A DNA stretch of 63,984 bases, the filler included, from Acidimicrobiia bacterium (lineage in GTDB: Bacteria; Actinomycetota; Acidimicrobiia; Spongiisociales; CAZKJJ01), in assembly GCA_046759765.1 (NCBI GenBank). It is 8 parts of 8 records of this genome, joined end to end, with 100 filler letters (N's around TTAATTAATTAA, not from the genome) between each part and the next. Parts side by side here need not be neighbours in the genome. Positions count along the whole stretch, not along the records: positions 1 to 8,944 come from JBHICV010000102.1; positions 9,045 to 17,798 come from JBHICV010000103.1; 6 more parts are not named here. One strand, given 5' to 3'. The position numbers and the translations under genes were made by a program. This document shows, piece by piece, positions 1 through 9,871 of the stretch. How positions within the stretch are numbered: position 1 is the stretch's first letter; each line of letters opens with the position of its first letter. The notes beneath the pieces are model-generated. The model did not search any database. It saw only the letters and a program-made list of their open reading frames with translations, and was not told the DNA's origin.

Positions 1-2
1 AG

Positions 3-386
3 GCCAGCCTGGTGCTCCCGGCGCTGCCGGCCGGATGGAAGTACGAGGGTTGGGCCGTTGTGGACGGCACCCCGTTGACGACCGGAAAGTTCACCGATGT
101 GGCAGCCGCCGACGAAGCCGCTCCCTTTGGCGGGCCCGGAAGGATGCCGCCGTTCCCAGGTGAGGACTTCGTTACCAACGCTCCCGAAGGGGTGACGCTG
201 CCTACCGATCTCAGCGGAGCAACGATCGTGATCAGCGTTGAGCCCGACCCTGACGATTCCGAGGCTCCGTTCGCACTGAAGCCCTTGGTAGGTCAGGTGC
301 CGGAAGACGCCGAGCCCGAGCCCACCAGCTATGAGCTCGGTCTCAACATAAGTGACCTGCCCACTGGGACGGCCAAGGTCGGTTGA
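3..386 (+). CDS. Hypothetical protein, 5'-partial (LPAGWKYEGW motif; possibly anti-sigma-K C-terminal-like)
   Basis: Open frame from window start to TGA at 384-386 with host-like codon usage. Confidence 0.6.
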   Translation, partial: ASLVLPALPAGWKYEGWAVVDGTPLTTGKFTDVAAADEAAPFGGPGRMPPFPGEDFVTNAPEGVTLPTDLSGATIVISVEPDPDDSEAPFALKPLVGQVPEDAEPEPTSYELGLNISDLPTGTAKVG

Positions 387-430
387 AAGGGCCCCGGAAG
401 GATCTCGCCCCGCAGTGACGGAGAGGACCC

Positions 431-1210
431 TCAGAGGATCTGGCTGAGGAAGAGCTTGGTCCGGTCCTCCTGAGGGTTCTCGAAGAAGTGCTCGGGAGTG
501 CCAACCTCAACGATTTGGCCGTCCGCCATGAACACAACCCGGTCGGCAACTTCGCGGGCGAACCCCATCTCGTGGGTAACGACGATCATCGTCATTCCTT
601 CGCGAGCCAGGTCCTTCATGACGTCCAGGACCTCGCCGATCATCTCCGGGTCGAGGGCCGAAGTGACCTCGTCGAAGAGCATCACCTTCGGCTTCATCGC
701 CAGTGAGCGGGCAATGGCGACACGTTGCTGCTGGCCACCAGATAGCTGACCCGGATACTTTCTTGCCTGCTCGGGAATCCGGACCCGCTCGAGGAGTTCC
801 ATGGCCAGTACCTCGGCCTCGCTCTTTGGTATGCGCCGCACCTGTCGGGGAGCCAGAGTGATGTTGTCGATGACCGTCAGATGAGGAAAGAGGTTGAAAT
901 GTTGGAAGACCATGCCGGTCTCCCGACGAATCTCCTGGATGTTCCGCAGGTCCTGGGTGAGTTCGGTGCCGTCCACGACTATTCGGCCGTTGTCGTGTTC
1001 TTCAAGACGGTTGATGCACCGAATCATCGTCGACTTCCCGGAGCCCGAAGGCCCGAGAACCACGACGACCTCCTGACGCCCCACGTTGAGATTGATGTCA
1101 ATAAGCGCCTGGAAGGGTCCGAAAAACTTGTCGACGTGCTCGAGCTGGATGATGACATCACCGACCGCCTGAGTGGCGTCGGCAAAGACCTCTTGGTTGA
1201 TGTCAGTCAT
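431..1210 (-). CDS. Polar amino acid ABC transporter ATP-binding protein (AapP/BztD-like)
   Basis: Walker [17 protein letters not shown] signature, [10 protein letters not shown]. Confidence 0.95.
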   Translation of the reverse strand: MTDINQEVFADATQAVGDVIIQLEHVDKFFGPFQALIDINLNVGRQEVVVVLGPSGSGKSTMIRCINRLEEHDNGRIVVDGTELTQDLRNIQEIRRETGMVFQHFNLFPHLTVIDNITLAPRQVRRIPKSEAEVLAMELLERVRIPEQARKYPGQLSGGQQQRVAIARSLAMKPKVMLFDEVTSALDPEMIGEVLDVMKDLAREGMTMIVVTHEMGFAREVADRVVFMADGQIVEVGTPEHFFENPQEDRTKLFLSQIL

Positions 1211-2460
1211 CGGGTCCCTACTCCGAGTTTCCTCTCCAGGCGCTGACTCTCTCTCGACATCGTGAAAGAGCCGACCCAGAACAGGAACCCTACAAACACC
1301 AGCGTCTCAACGATCAAACCCTGACCACGGAAGGCCTCCTGCTGCGTAATTGCCTGGGCTACGTTCAGAATTTCAAGGATTCCCAGGGCGAGGCCCGCCA
1401 GCGTGGTGTCCTTGAACAGGATTATGAATTGACCGATTTGAGCTGGGATGACGTTCCTCAGCGCCTGGGGCAGGATGATCAAGAACGTCTGTTTGACAGG
1501 ACTGAGGCCCACTGACTTGGCCGCCTCCTCCTGGCCTCTGGGTACCGACTGCAGCCCGCCGCGGACGATCTCGGCAAGGTAAGCCGCCGTGAACAGGGTG
1601 AAGACGACTATGGACCGAATCACCTTGCTCGGGGCCAGCGAGGCAGGGACGAAGAACTCGAGCGACACGCTGGCCATCAGGAGCAGGACGTAGAGCGGCG
1701 CCGCGCGTACGAACTCGATATAGAGGACGGCCAGCTTCTGTAACAGCCACAGCTTGGAGCGACGACCCAGGGCCAGCAGAACGCCCAGCGGGAAGGACAG
1801 GATTATTCCCGCCGCCGCCGCGGTGAGGTTGTACATGAAGCCCTCCCATCTGGCCAACGGCAGTGCGGCCGTGAGGTAGAAGAAGAGGACGACCGGCACC
1901 CCGGCCAGGACCAGGAGGCCGGCTCGGGAGCCCCATTTGGGGAGGACCCGGACACCGACCCGGCGACCCACGAGAGAAGCAGCGACCCCGGCCGCCACCA
2001 TGGCAGCGACGGTGATCCAAGGGCCCCTGGTCTCGGTAAGAGCCAAAAGCAAAAGAAGCGACGCGATCACGAGCCCGAACCGCTGGATCAAGTCCACAGT
2101 GCGTTCCGCCGGGCTCATGCCCTCGATGGCCGAAGTGCCGCGACGGATTTGGCGACCGGCGATCACACCAGCAATGAGCCCGCCCCAGGCGCTGAGTACG
2201 ACCAGGCTGACGGCGACGCGGATCAGCTCATCGACCGGCCAACGTCCCACCATCATCAGCTTGAGGTTCTCGTCGATGATCTCCCAGCGGGCGTTGACGA
2301 AAATGAAGCGAACGAACCGAAAGCTCGCATACAGCGCCAGAGAGCCGAAGACCACGGTGAGCACTCCATCGAGTGGCGTCCGGAACAGGTTCCTCTTCAC
2401 CCATTGCGTCTTAGGCGCCGGGGGCGGAGCACCCGTTCTAGGGGGAGCCAGGGTGGTCAT
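1207..2460 (-). CDS. Amino acid ABC transporter permease (AapM-like)
   Basis: Multiple TM segments; [25 protein letters not shown] loop. Confidence 0.93.
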   Translation of the reverse strand: MTTLAPPRTGAPPPAPKTQWVKRNLFRTPLDGVLTVVFGSLALYASFRFVRFIFVNARWEIIDENLKLMMVGRWPVDELIRVAVSLVVLSAWGGLIAGVIAGRQIRRGTSAIEGMSPAERTVDLIQRFGLVIASLLLLLALTETRGPWITVAAMVAAGVAASLVGRRVGVRVLPKWGSRAGLLVLAGVPVVLFFYLTAALPLARWEGFMYNLTAAAAGIILSFPLGVLLALGRRSKLWLLQKLAVLYIEFVRAAPLYVLLLMASVSLEFFVPASLAPSKVIRSIVVFTLFTAAYLAEIVRGGLQSVPRGQEEAAKSVGLSPVKQTFLIILPQALRNVIPAQIGQFIILFKDTTLAGLALGILEILNVAQAITQQEAFRGQGLIVETLVFVGFLFWVGSFTMSRESQRLERKLGVGTR

Positions 2461-3620
2461 CGCTCAACCAGCTCGAAGCGCTTATTGGCCACATTTACGA
2501 GGGCCGAGGTGATGAGTGACAGGCCAACGTAGACCAGCAAGGCGAGGGTGAAGGCAGGTACCGCCGGCGCGCCGTTGCCGACTGCAATCGCAGCCACGTT
2601 GGTGATCTCGAAGTAGGCAAATCCGGCCGCCAAGGACGAGTTCTTGATCAGGCTGAGGTACTGGTTCCCGATGGGCGGAATGGCGATTCGCATGGCTTGC
2701 GGGAGGATGACTTTCCACATGCGCTGGTTGCCCGAGAGCGCCAGGGCGGTCGCCGCCTCGCCTTGTCCGATCGGAACCGCCTGAATGGAGCCGCGGACGA
2801 TCTCGGCGATATGGCTGGCGCTGTAGATCACGAGGGCCACCAGCACGGCGAAGTAGGAGGGATCGATTCTGAGACCTCCGGCGATCTGGAGGCCGTCGAC
2901 CTCGGGCAGAGTCACCTGACCACCTAGGACGGACCACCCCACGACCAAGGTGAGGATGAAGAAGATGCCTCCGTAGAGGCCGGAGTGGGCAGGAGCCCCT
3001 GTCTTGTCGGAGACCGACCTCCGCCATCGTGCCAGTAACCACCACCCCAAGAGTCCTACGAACAGCACGAGCACCAGTGCCCAGCCCGTGGTCTCGACGT
3101 ACCAGGGAACCCCGATACCTCGGTTGGAGATAACGACGAGATCCAGGGGCGTCCAGGAGTTCTCGATCCTCGGCATGGCCTGAAGAACTACCCCGAGAAA
3201 GATGAAGGTCATGATGACGAGCAGTGGAAGGTTGCGGATCACCTCCACGTACACCGTCGCGAGCTTGTTGACCACCCAGTTCTTAGAGAGTCGCCCGATG
3301 CCGACTAGGACGCCGAGGATCGTCGCGAAGAAGATGCCCACCACCGATATGCGGATGGTGTTGAGAACTCCGATCACGTAGGCGTTGCGCGTCGGCTCGG
3401 CCGGGCTGAAATCGGCGCCCGGGATATCGAAGCTGGTTGGATTGCCCAGGAAATCGAAGCTGGTGGGAATCCCGCTGGCAGCTACGTTCGTCTGATAGTT
3501 GCCCAGCAGCCAGTAGAGAATCGCCGCTACCACGGCGAAGACCCCCAGCTGGAACAGCCATTTCAGGACCCGAACGTCTCTCCAGATGGGAGGGCGCGAG
3601 CTCGGATCCCGGGTAGTCAT
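2457..3620 (-). CDS. Amino acid ABC transporter permease (AapQ-like)
   Basis: YVEVIRNLPLL; IAEIVRGSIQAVPIGQGEAA; 4-nt overlap with next gene. Confidence 0.93.
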   Translation of the reverse strand: MTTRDPSSRPPIWRDVRVLKWLFQLGVFAVVAAILYWLLGNYQTNVAASGIPTSFDFLGNPTSFDIPGADFSPAEPTRNAYVIGVLNTIRISVVGIFFATILGVLVGIGRLSKNWVVNKLATVYVEVIRNLPLLVIMTFIFLGVVLQAMPRIENSWTPLDLVVISNRGIGVPWYVETTGWALVLVLFVGLLGWWLLARWRRSVSDKTGAPAHSGLYGGIFFILTLVVGWSVLGGQVTLPEVDGLQIAGGLRIDPSYFAVLVALVIYSASHIAEIVRGSIQAVPIGQGEAATALALSGNQRMWKVILPQAMRIAIPPIGNQYLSLIKNSSLAAGFAYFEITNVAAIAVGNGAPAVPAFTLALLVYVGLSLITSALVNVANKRFELVER

Positions 3621-3634
3621 AGGTCCTTTAGTTG

Positions 3635-3668
3635 ATGTGTAGGTGGCGGACTACCGCCACCTACACAT
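3635..3668. terminator. 15-bp perfect hairpin between binding-protein and permease genes (terminator or mRNA stabiliser)
   Basis: ATGTGTAGGTGGCGG-acta-CCGCCACCTACACAT. Confidence 0.75.
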
Positions 3669-3676
3669 TTAACCGC

Positions 3677-4747
3677 TTACCGGTATGGAGGTGCGTACAT
3701 CAGCCCGCCGTCGAGCCATTGAGCATTGACTCCCCGTTCGAGCCCGAGCGGAATCAGATGACGGGCGAATATCTCTCCGTAGTTGCCCACCTGCTTAATC
3801 ACTTGGTAAGCAAAGTCGGTGGGAATACCCAGCATCGGGTCAAACGTCGTGACGTTGCCATCCGCGTCCACGGCCTCACCGAAGAACTTCTGGATGTTCG
3901 GGTTGGTCGTATTGGCGCGGACGTCGTCGACGTTGGCCTGCGTGATCCCAAACTCTTCGGCCTGGATCGTCGCAATGACCGCCCAGTCGACCGCCTGTGC
4001 CCAGGCGCTGTCACCGTCGAGAACGACTGGAGCCAGAGGCTCCTTCGAGAACGTCTCCTCCAGGATCCTGAGCGCGTCCGGACCGGCCGGGTACGCCGAC
4101 CTCAGCCCGACCAGCTGGCTGAAATCCGAGCTCCATCCGTCGCACTGTCCGGCTTCAAAGGCCGCCTGCAGCGCGTCGGTGTCGGGGAAGGGCCTGATTT
4201 CCCATGCGAGACCGAAGAACTGCGCGGCTGCGGCCGCGTTTCCTTCAGTGGTGGTACCGGCGGCCACACATACGATGACCCCGTCCATCTCCGTAACGGA
4301 CTGAAATGGGCTGTCGGCAGCCACCATCATCCGCTGGCCGTCGTAGTAGTTGACGGTCAGGAAGGTGGAGCCCTCCAGGCCGTCCCGAGCCGAAGTCCAG
4401 GTGGTGTTCCGCACCAGGACGTCCACCTGTCCGGACTGGAGCGCAGTGAACCGGTCCGGTGTCTCCAGGTCTATGAATTCCACCTTGTTGGCGTCGCCCA
4501 GCACTGCCGCGGCGATGACCCGACAGAAATCGGCGTCAAAGCCCACGTGGTCCCCTTCGGGGGTCAGGACCGCAAAGCCGGGGAGCGCGTCGCGGGTACC
4601 GCATTTAACGCTGTCTCGGGCAATCACCTCGTCCAGCAATGAGCCCTCTACCGCGACAACGGTCGTGGCCGCCTCCTCGCCCTCACAGGCCGCCGCTACT
4701 AGGGCCAGCCCCACTAAAGCAAAGAGCAGCACTCGCCATCTTTTCAT
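3677..4747 (-). CDS. General L-amino acid ABC substrate-binding lipoprotein (AapJ/BztA-like)
   Basis: Start reassigned to ATG 4747 after GGAGG; lipobox LVAAAC; DVLVRNTTWT, SKEPLAP and GGLMYAPP motifs. Confidence 0.92.
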   Translation of the reverse strand: MKRWRVLLFALVGLALVAAACEGEEAATTVVAVEGSLLDEVIARDSVKCGTRDALPGFAVLTPEGDHVGFDADFCRVIAAAVLGDANKVEFIDLETPDRFTALQSGQVDVLVRNTTWTSARDGLEGSTFLTVNYYDGQRMMVAADSPFQSVTEMDGVIVCVAAGTTTEGNAAAAAQFFGLAWEIRPFPDTDALQAAFEAGQCDGWSSDFSQLVGLRSAYPAGPDALRILEETFSKEPLAPVVLDGDSAWAQAVDWAVIATIQAEEFGITQANVDDVRANTTNPNIQKFFGEAVDADGNVTTFDPMLGIPTDFAYQVIKQVGNYGEIFARHLIPLGLERGVNAQWLDGGLMYAPPYR

Positions 4748-4904
4748 CCCAAACCCTCCTTTGGTGTCCAAACGGTCCGTTTGCCACTTTGCGTGACGGA
4801 CTTGGTCAGACCGATGGGCGGAAACTAGCAACCTGCACCTTCGGGCGTCGAAAAAGCTGAACAGATTCAGTGGACCGCCGCGCGGGCCGACACCTAGGGA
4901 ACTC

Positions 4905-5051
4905 ATGCGAAAGCTGGTCGGAGCGATCGTCGTCGTGGCCCTGGTAGTGCTGGCGTTGACCGTAGCGGCACCGGCCGCACCCGAAGGCGCCATCCAGGAC
5001 GTTGGAAATGGGCTTCGGGCCTTTTGGGGCTACCCCGTCTCGGGTCCTTAG
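4905..5051 (+). CDS. Small 48-aa signal-peptide/membrane peptide (absent from ORF track)
   Basis: MRKLVGAIVVVALVVLALTVAAPAAPEG...; purine-rich AGGGA upstream; fills the intergenic gap. Confidence 0.45.
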   Translation: MRKLVGAIVVVALVVLALTVAAPAAPEGAIQDVGNGLRAFWGYPVSGP

Positions 5052-5054
5052 TGA

Positions 5055-6809
5055 TCAGATCCGAACTGAAAACAACTCCTGCGGATCCGGCACGCCCTTT
5101 AGTTCGCTGGCTCCTACCGAGATGAGTTCGAACTCTGAACCTGCCACGAGGTCCTTCACTGTGCGGGAGACAAGGATCTGATCAGGGCCGGCTTCGGCGG
5201 CGACACGTGCCGCGACGTGGACTGCTATTCCGTCCACATCGTTGCCGCGGATCTCGACCTCTCCGGTGTGAGCGCCGGCTCTCAGCCCGAGCCCGAGCTC
5301 CTGCAACCGAACGATGAGGTCGAGAGCGCAGCTGATGGCGTCACCGGGCCGATCAAACACGGCATGAATGCCGTCACCGGTTGATTTTATGAACCGACCG
5401 CGGTGACGGTTCACACATTCGCGAGCCACCTCGTCGTGCTCGTCGAGCTTCTGCCGCCACTGCCGGTCGCCGAGTTCTACGGCCATCTCGGTCGATGACA
5501 CGATATCGGTGAAGAGCACAGTTGCCAGAACACGTTCCGGAGGCGTCTCGGGCTTGGTTGGTTCGAACAGACGGGCTCTTTCCCCTGGCTCCTCCGGTAA
5601 GCCGGCCTCGTGGAGCGGCCCGAGGATCGCTTCCAGGTCTTTTGTGTTCCTGTAGGGGTTGAGCGAAGCCCACCACGAGGTGGAGAAGCGCGGCTTGATG
5701 CTCAGAATCCGCTTGGCCTCGCGGCGGGCGGAGTCCTCGTCGCCCAAGCGCAGAAGAGTGGCAACCCTCAGAGCCCGGGCGTTGAGCCAGTTGGGTCTTC
5801 TAGCCAAGACGACGTCGAGCTCGTCCGATGCTTCGTCTAGGCGCCCGAGGTGGTAGTAGGCAGTAGCGAGATACAGGTGCGAGTTGTCGCTCTGAGACTC
5901 GGCCAGGGGACTGAGGAGAAACACCTGCCGGTCGGCTTCGGCGGCTTCAGCGAAGCGGCCCGTGTAGAGAAGGTTCATTGCTTGGAGGTGGTAGCCCCAG
6001 GCGTAACTGGGCCAGGCCTCGAGCGCCTTCCCAGTGGTCGCGATCGCGGCGTCGTAGTCGCCCTCGAGCATCTGGATTCGTCCGAGAAGAGCATTGGCCT
6101 CCGGCGATTCGGGTTCGATGTCGAGAGCGCGCTGCAGCGCCTCCCGGGCGAGCTCTAGCGAATCCTTCCTGTCCACTCCCCACCCGAGGTGCGCTTCGGT
6201 GCCATAGGAGGAGGCAACCGCGACATGGGCTGAGACGAACTGCGGGTCAAGCTCCAGGGCAGCTTGTGCCTCGCGGCGCGCACGTCGGTTGGCCTGCCGG
6301 GAGAACTTGAGGTATTCCTCGTGGAAATTGGCGAAATGCTCGTAGGCAGCCAGGCTCCTCAGGCCTCGCCGCCACCCCCTCACTTGCTCACCAAAGCCAA
6401 GTTTCGCTTCCAGGGTGGTCGCTATTTCCGAGGAGATCTCGTCTTGAAGCTCGAAGATGTCGTCGAGGTCCCGGTCATAGCGCTCGGACCAGATCTCATC
6501 CCCGGTCGCTACGTCTCCGAGATGTGCCGACACTCGAACGCGAGTCTCCGCAGACCGCACACTTCCCTGCAGGACGTACCGAACACCCAGCTCGTCGGCA
6601 ACGACTCTCACGTCGGGTACTTCGGTTCGGTACTGGAAGCTGGAGCCACGTGCGATAACACGCAGTTGCGGAATCCGCGAGAGGGTCGTTATGACCTCTT
6701 CTGCTATCGCATCCCCCAGGCGGGGATAGTCCGGTTCTTCGTCCAGCGATTCGAAGGGGAGAACCGCGATCGCTGGTTTGTCTCCTGCGCGAGTCTCGGC
6801 GACGCCCAT
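5055..6809 (-). CDS. TolB-like + TPR + C-terminal class III adenylate/guanylate cyclase
   Basis: IAVLPF..LRVIARGSSF N-terminus, TPR-like helices, VLFTDIVSST / STGDG / GAHTGE cyclase motifs. Confidence 0.88.
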   Translation of the reverse strand: MGVAETRAGDKPAIAVLPFESLDEEPDYPRLGDAIAEEVITTLSRIPQLRVIARGSSFQYRTEVPDVRVVADELGVRYVLQGSVRSAETRVRVSAHLGDVATGDEIWSERYDRDLDDIFELQDEISSEIATTLEAKLGFGEQVRGWRRGLRSLAAYEHFANFHEEYLKFSRQANRRARREAQAALELDPQFVSAHVAVASSYGTEAHLGWGVDRKDSLELAREALQRALDIEPESPEANALLGRIQMLEGDYDAAIATTGKALEAWPSYAWGYHLQAMNLLYTGRFAEAAEADRQVFLLSPLAESQSDNSHLYLATAYYHLGRLDEASDELDVVLARRPNWLNARALRVATLLRLGDEDSARREAKRILSIKPRFSTSWWASLNPYRNTKDLEAILGPLHEAGLPEEPGERARLFEPTKPETPPERVLATVLFTDIVSSTEMAVELGDRQWRQKLDEHDEVARECVNRHRGRFIKSTGDGIHAVFDRPGDAISCALDLIVRLQELGLGLRAGAHTGEVEIRGNDVDGIAVHVAARVAAEAGPDQILVSRTVKDLVAGSEFELISVGASELKGVPDPQELFSVRI

Positions 6810-6890
6810 GGTTGAAGTCTCGCAGACCCGCCCGACGCGGGCGATGCCGTCGATAGCCTTCCCCGCCTGACGTCAAAGAAAGGCTGATAG

Positions 6891-7244
6891 ATGCTCTTTG
6901 GCAGCGCCATCCCCATATTGCCTGGCAAGACCGATCGAGTCCGTCAGTTTGCGGCGGAGTTAGAAACGCATAGAGCTCAGTATGAAAAGCTCAATGCACG
7001 GTTCGGGCTGAAAGGCCACGCCATGTGGATCAACCAAGAGCGCGACGGAACCGATGTGGTAGTCCAGGTCTACGACATCGCCTCGGCTGAGCTATTACAG
7101 GAGATGAGATCTCGACAGTGGGACATGGACTCGCCCTACGACCGGTGGTGGGTCGGCTGGGTCCGAGACGTTCTCGGGATCGATCTGCTGGCGGAGATGT
7201 CGCTGCGGGCTCCGCCCGAGGTGGTGTTCAGCTGGGAGGGCTAA
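6891..7244 (+). CDS. Hypothetical protein (small alpha/beta, PILPGK..DRWW family)
   Basis: ATG with upstream AAAGG; coherent 117-aa ORF. Confidence 0.7.
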   Translation: MLFGSAIPILPGKTDRVRQFAAELETHRAQYEKLNARFGLKGHAMWINQERDGTDVVVQVYDIASAELLQEMRSRQWDMDSPYDRWWVGWVRDVLGIDLLAEMSLRAPPEVVFSWEG

Positions 7245-7248
7245 CGAC

Positions 7249-7357
7249 CTTTTGGTGACGGGAATCCACCATATAGGTGGATAGACGTCACAAAAACCAG
7301 ACCCCCTCGTTTTGGTGACGCGAATCCACCATATGGGTGAGGGAGCGTCACCAAAAC
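7249..7357. repeat. Two tandem REP-like palindromes (60-bp period)
   Basis: TTTTGGTGACG-N-CGTCAC(C)AAAA at about 7250-7296 and 7309-7357, each with an internal ATCCACCATAT(A/G)GGTG core; between convergent genes. Confidence 0.8.
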
Positions 7358-7368
7358 CTGACCGCGCC

Positions 7369-8058
7369 TCACCGGCCGGCGGCCAGCTGCTCCCGTTGCC
7401 AGTCGTAGTCGATGTCGCCGTCGTAGAACCGCTCCGGATTCTCGATCGCCCACAGCTGCTTGCGGATGATCAAGTTGTCGGGCTGGAGTGGCATGGCCTG
7501 TTTCAGCAGATGGATGGCCTCCTCTCGGTCGCCATTCCGGTACGCCTTACCGGCGGCCCGGAACAGAGCAAGTGCCTCCGCTGACAGTTCCTCCACGCCT
7601 ACATCGATCGCGGCACCGTTCGGTTCCTCGGCCAGCCATTCCTCGATGAGCTGCCTTGTCTCCGGTCGGCGAATGTCGAAGCCGGAAGTCAAGACGGCGT
7701 CGATCTCACCGTCCGCGTTCACGAGCACCCCGTTGGGAACGGCTCTGAAGCCGAAAGCCGCTACCAGCAGATTGTCTTGATCGACCAGCGTCCGGAACGC
7801 CTCGAGTGTGGGGGCGGCAAAAGGTCGCGCCGCTTCCGGCCCTTGCGCGTCGGCCGCCACCGAAACGAAGGCGAGATCACCGTTCGCTTCTAGGAATTGC
7901 TGCCAGACCGGCAGCTGGTTGCGGCAACGTCACCACGACGCCCACATGAACACGACCAGCCGTTTCCCAACGAAGCTGATCAGGGACACTTTTTCGCCGT
8001 CGAGGTCAGGCAGCGTTATCGGCGGAAGTCGGTCTCCAGCTCGCACGAATCTTGTCAT
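7369..8058 (-). CDS. TlpA/peroxiredoxin-like selenoprotein (WASW-U-R-C) with C-terminal TPR-like helix pair, 229 aa
   Basis: ATG 8058; in-frame TGA at 7930-7932 (codon 43) in the thioredoxin redox position; frame continues into ORF 7369..7860; SECIS-like hairpin 7899-7915. Confidence 0.88.
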
Positions 8059-8083
8059 GCAGCCAGGTTAAACGCCCCAACAA

Positions 8084-8117
8084 GGGCGACCCCCGGTGCA
8101 GCGGCCGGGGGTCGCTC
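8084..8117 (-). terminator. GC-rich hairpin downstream of the flp gene
   Basis: GGGCGACCCCCGG-N8-CCGGGGGTCGCTC. Confidence 0.55.
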
Positions 8118-8152
8118 GCGTCCGGAGGGCGCTCTCCGGTGTGCGGCTGCCC

Positions 8153-8338
8153 TTATGGGTTGCTCAGCTCGTCACCAATGTCGGAGAAGGTTTGGGAGAC
8201 CTGCTCACCGGCGAATGAGATGGCCAGAAGGGCCACAATCGCGATGAGGACCACCAGCAGCGCGTACTCGACGAGGGTTGCCCCCTCCTCCCTATGCAGC
8301 GCCAGCTTCGCCTGCACCTTGCTCCACAGTGTCAGCAT
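8153..8338 (-). CDS. flp: Flp/Fap family type IVb pilin
   Basis: REEG^ATLVEYALL prepilin motif followed by a hydrophobic helix; ATG 8338 after GGAAGGGG. Confidence 0.9.
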   Translation of the reverse strand: MLTLWSKVQAKLALHREEGATLVEYALLVVLIAIVALLAISFAGEQVSQTFSDIGDELSNP

Positions 8339-8539
8339 CAGACCCCTTCCTCGCAACCTTGGGTTGCTGCCACCGACAAGGTATCTCCGGGGCAGCGTTG
8401 GCCAATAGGTCACGAGCCCTATTCACTCTAAGTGGCCGCGACTGCAAGTGGCTAGCCACCTCGGTCACCTTCGGAACCCTCCTCGAACAGCCAACCCGCG
8501 AAGTCGATAATTGGTCAGAGACGCAGAGAAGGATTCTCA

Positions 8540-8776
8540 ATGCTTCGCACAGTCGCAACACTTTGGATGGCCTTCCTGGTCGGAGTCGCTTTCACCTTCG
8601 CATTCCTGATCCTCACCCAGCCTTTCGCTTCCGAGATCGTTGAAGGAATTATCGGCAGCAGCATCTTCGTGGCCGGCTGCGTCGTCGGCTACCTCGCCGC
8701 CAGCCGCGTTTTCAACCTCGTATCCGAGCTCCGCGCGCGGCGGGTGTCCGAGTCACCGCGAGCTGCTTCCGTCTAG
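8540..8776 (+). CDS. Small two-TM membrane protein
   Basis: AGAAGGA RBS; two hydrophobic segments. Confidence 0.65.
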   Translation: MLRTVATLWMAFLVGVAFTFAFLILTQPFASEIVEGIIGSSIFVAGCVVGYLAASRVFNLVSELRARRVSESPRAASV

Positions 8777-8800
8777 GAGCAGCCAGAAGCGAAAATCCCT

Positions 8801-8944
8801 CTAGACGTCGTAGTTCTCGGCGGATTCTGATGTTCCGAGCTCATGGAGCTGCTCGAAGCTGAAGATTCCGGTCCGATGCGCATCGGGTCCAAAGGTGAAG
8901 TTGACTGCGTACGCGCCCACCATGCTCGCCGCCTCGATGCGGAT
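8801..8944 (-). CDS. DUF971 / GBBH-like N-terminal domain protein, C-terminal part (cut by gap)
   Basis: Manual translation IRIEAASMVGAYAVNFTFGPDAHRTGIFSFEQLHELG resembles the VGxYAv..F.DgH.TGIYsw motif. Confidence 0.7.
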   Translation of the reverse strand: MRIEAASMVGAYAVNFTFGPDAHRTGIFSFEQLHELGTSESAENYDV

Positions 8945-9044
8945 NNNNNNNNNNNNNNNNNNNNNNNNNNNNNNNNNNNNNNNNNNNNTTAATTAATTAA
9001 NNNNNNNNNNNNNNNNNNNNNNNNNNNNNNNNNNNNNNNNNNNN
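8945..9044. other. Artificial contig linker
   Basis: N run + TTAATTAATTAA + N run. Confidence 0.99.
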
Positions 9045-9352
9045 TCGGCGGAGTGACAGACGGCACAGCCGTTGCGAGCCGACAGCGACATGCCCAAAGA
9101 AACCAGATCCTGCGCCGGCCCTGTGGTCGTTGTGCCCTGTGTAGTAGCTGGCAGCGTTGTCGGCGCTTGAGTGGTAGCGGTGTCGCCTTCGGCGGCGCCC
9201 GCCGGGGCGACGGAGGTCGGCGGTGCGGTTGGGAGCTGCTCTTCGGCGGCGGTCTCGCCAGCCGGCCGTGATGTCACCGAGATGAGGTCGACCAGGATGA
9301 TTAGAAGAGCCAGCCCGGCCAGCGCCCCCGCTATACCTACCTGTCCGCGCAT
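9045..9352 (-). CDS. Membrane-anchored cytochrome c, 3'-partial
   Basis: TM anchor, Thr/Pro linker, CAVCH heme motif; cut by gap. Confidence 0.85.
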
Positions 9353-9367
9353 GCCGCAGTCCGTGCC

Positions 9368-9853
9368 TCAGCCGAGGGACTTCATGTATTCGGTGATGGC
9401 GGTGATGTCGTCGTCGGAAAGCTTGTCGGCGAAGTCCTTGGGCATCAGATCGGGCGGGAACCCTTCCACGATCTTGACGTTGGGATCCAGGATCGACTCC
9501 CGGATGTAAGCCTCGTCCACCACCACCGTGGAACCGTCAGTCAGCGTCTCGGTGGTCCCGAACAGACCCAACCAGGTCGGTCCCACCAGGGGGCTGCCGT
9601 CGGCGGAGTGACAGACGGCACAGCCGTTGCGAGCCGACAGCGACATGCCCAAAGCAACCAGATCCTGCGCCGTCGAAGTGGTGACCTCCCCAGCGGTAGT
9701 GGGTGGCAGAGTCGTCTCCGCCCGAGTGGTAGTGGGCTCACTCGTGGTCGGGCTTGCCGTGTCGGGTGCCGAAGTTCCGGCGGAGGAGCACGACGACAGC
9801 CAAACCAACAAGCCGGCGGCGACCGCTAGAAGCCCCCGGTGCGTACGCTCCAT
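9368..9853 (-). CDS. Cytochrome c lipoprotein (caa3 CoxB C-terminal cytochrome c-like)
   Basis: Lipobox LSSC; GCAVCHSADG; VGPTWLGLFG; YIRESILDP; distal Met in LMP. Confidence 0.92.
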   Translation of the reverse strand: MERTHRGLLAVAAGLLVWLSSCSSAGTSAPDTASPTTSEPTTTRAETTLPPTTAGEVTTSTAQDLVALGMSLSARNGCAVCHSADGSPLVGPTWLGLFGTTETLTDGSTVVVDEAYIRESILDPNVKIVEGFPPDLMPKDFADKLSDDDITAITEYMKSLG

Positions 9854-9871
9854 TGTACGGTGGCCGCCTGC

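Noticed and set aside
7249..7357. Possible mini-CRISPR array
   Set aside because: Only two diverged units of about 48 bp with a short spacer and no cas genes.
8339..8530. c-di-GMP riboswitch upstream of flp
   Set aside because: No recognisable consensus elements were found by eye.
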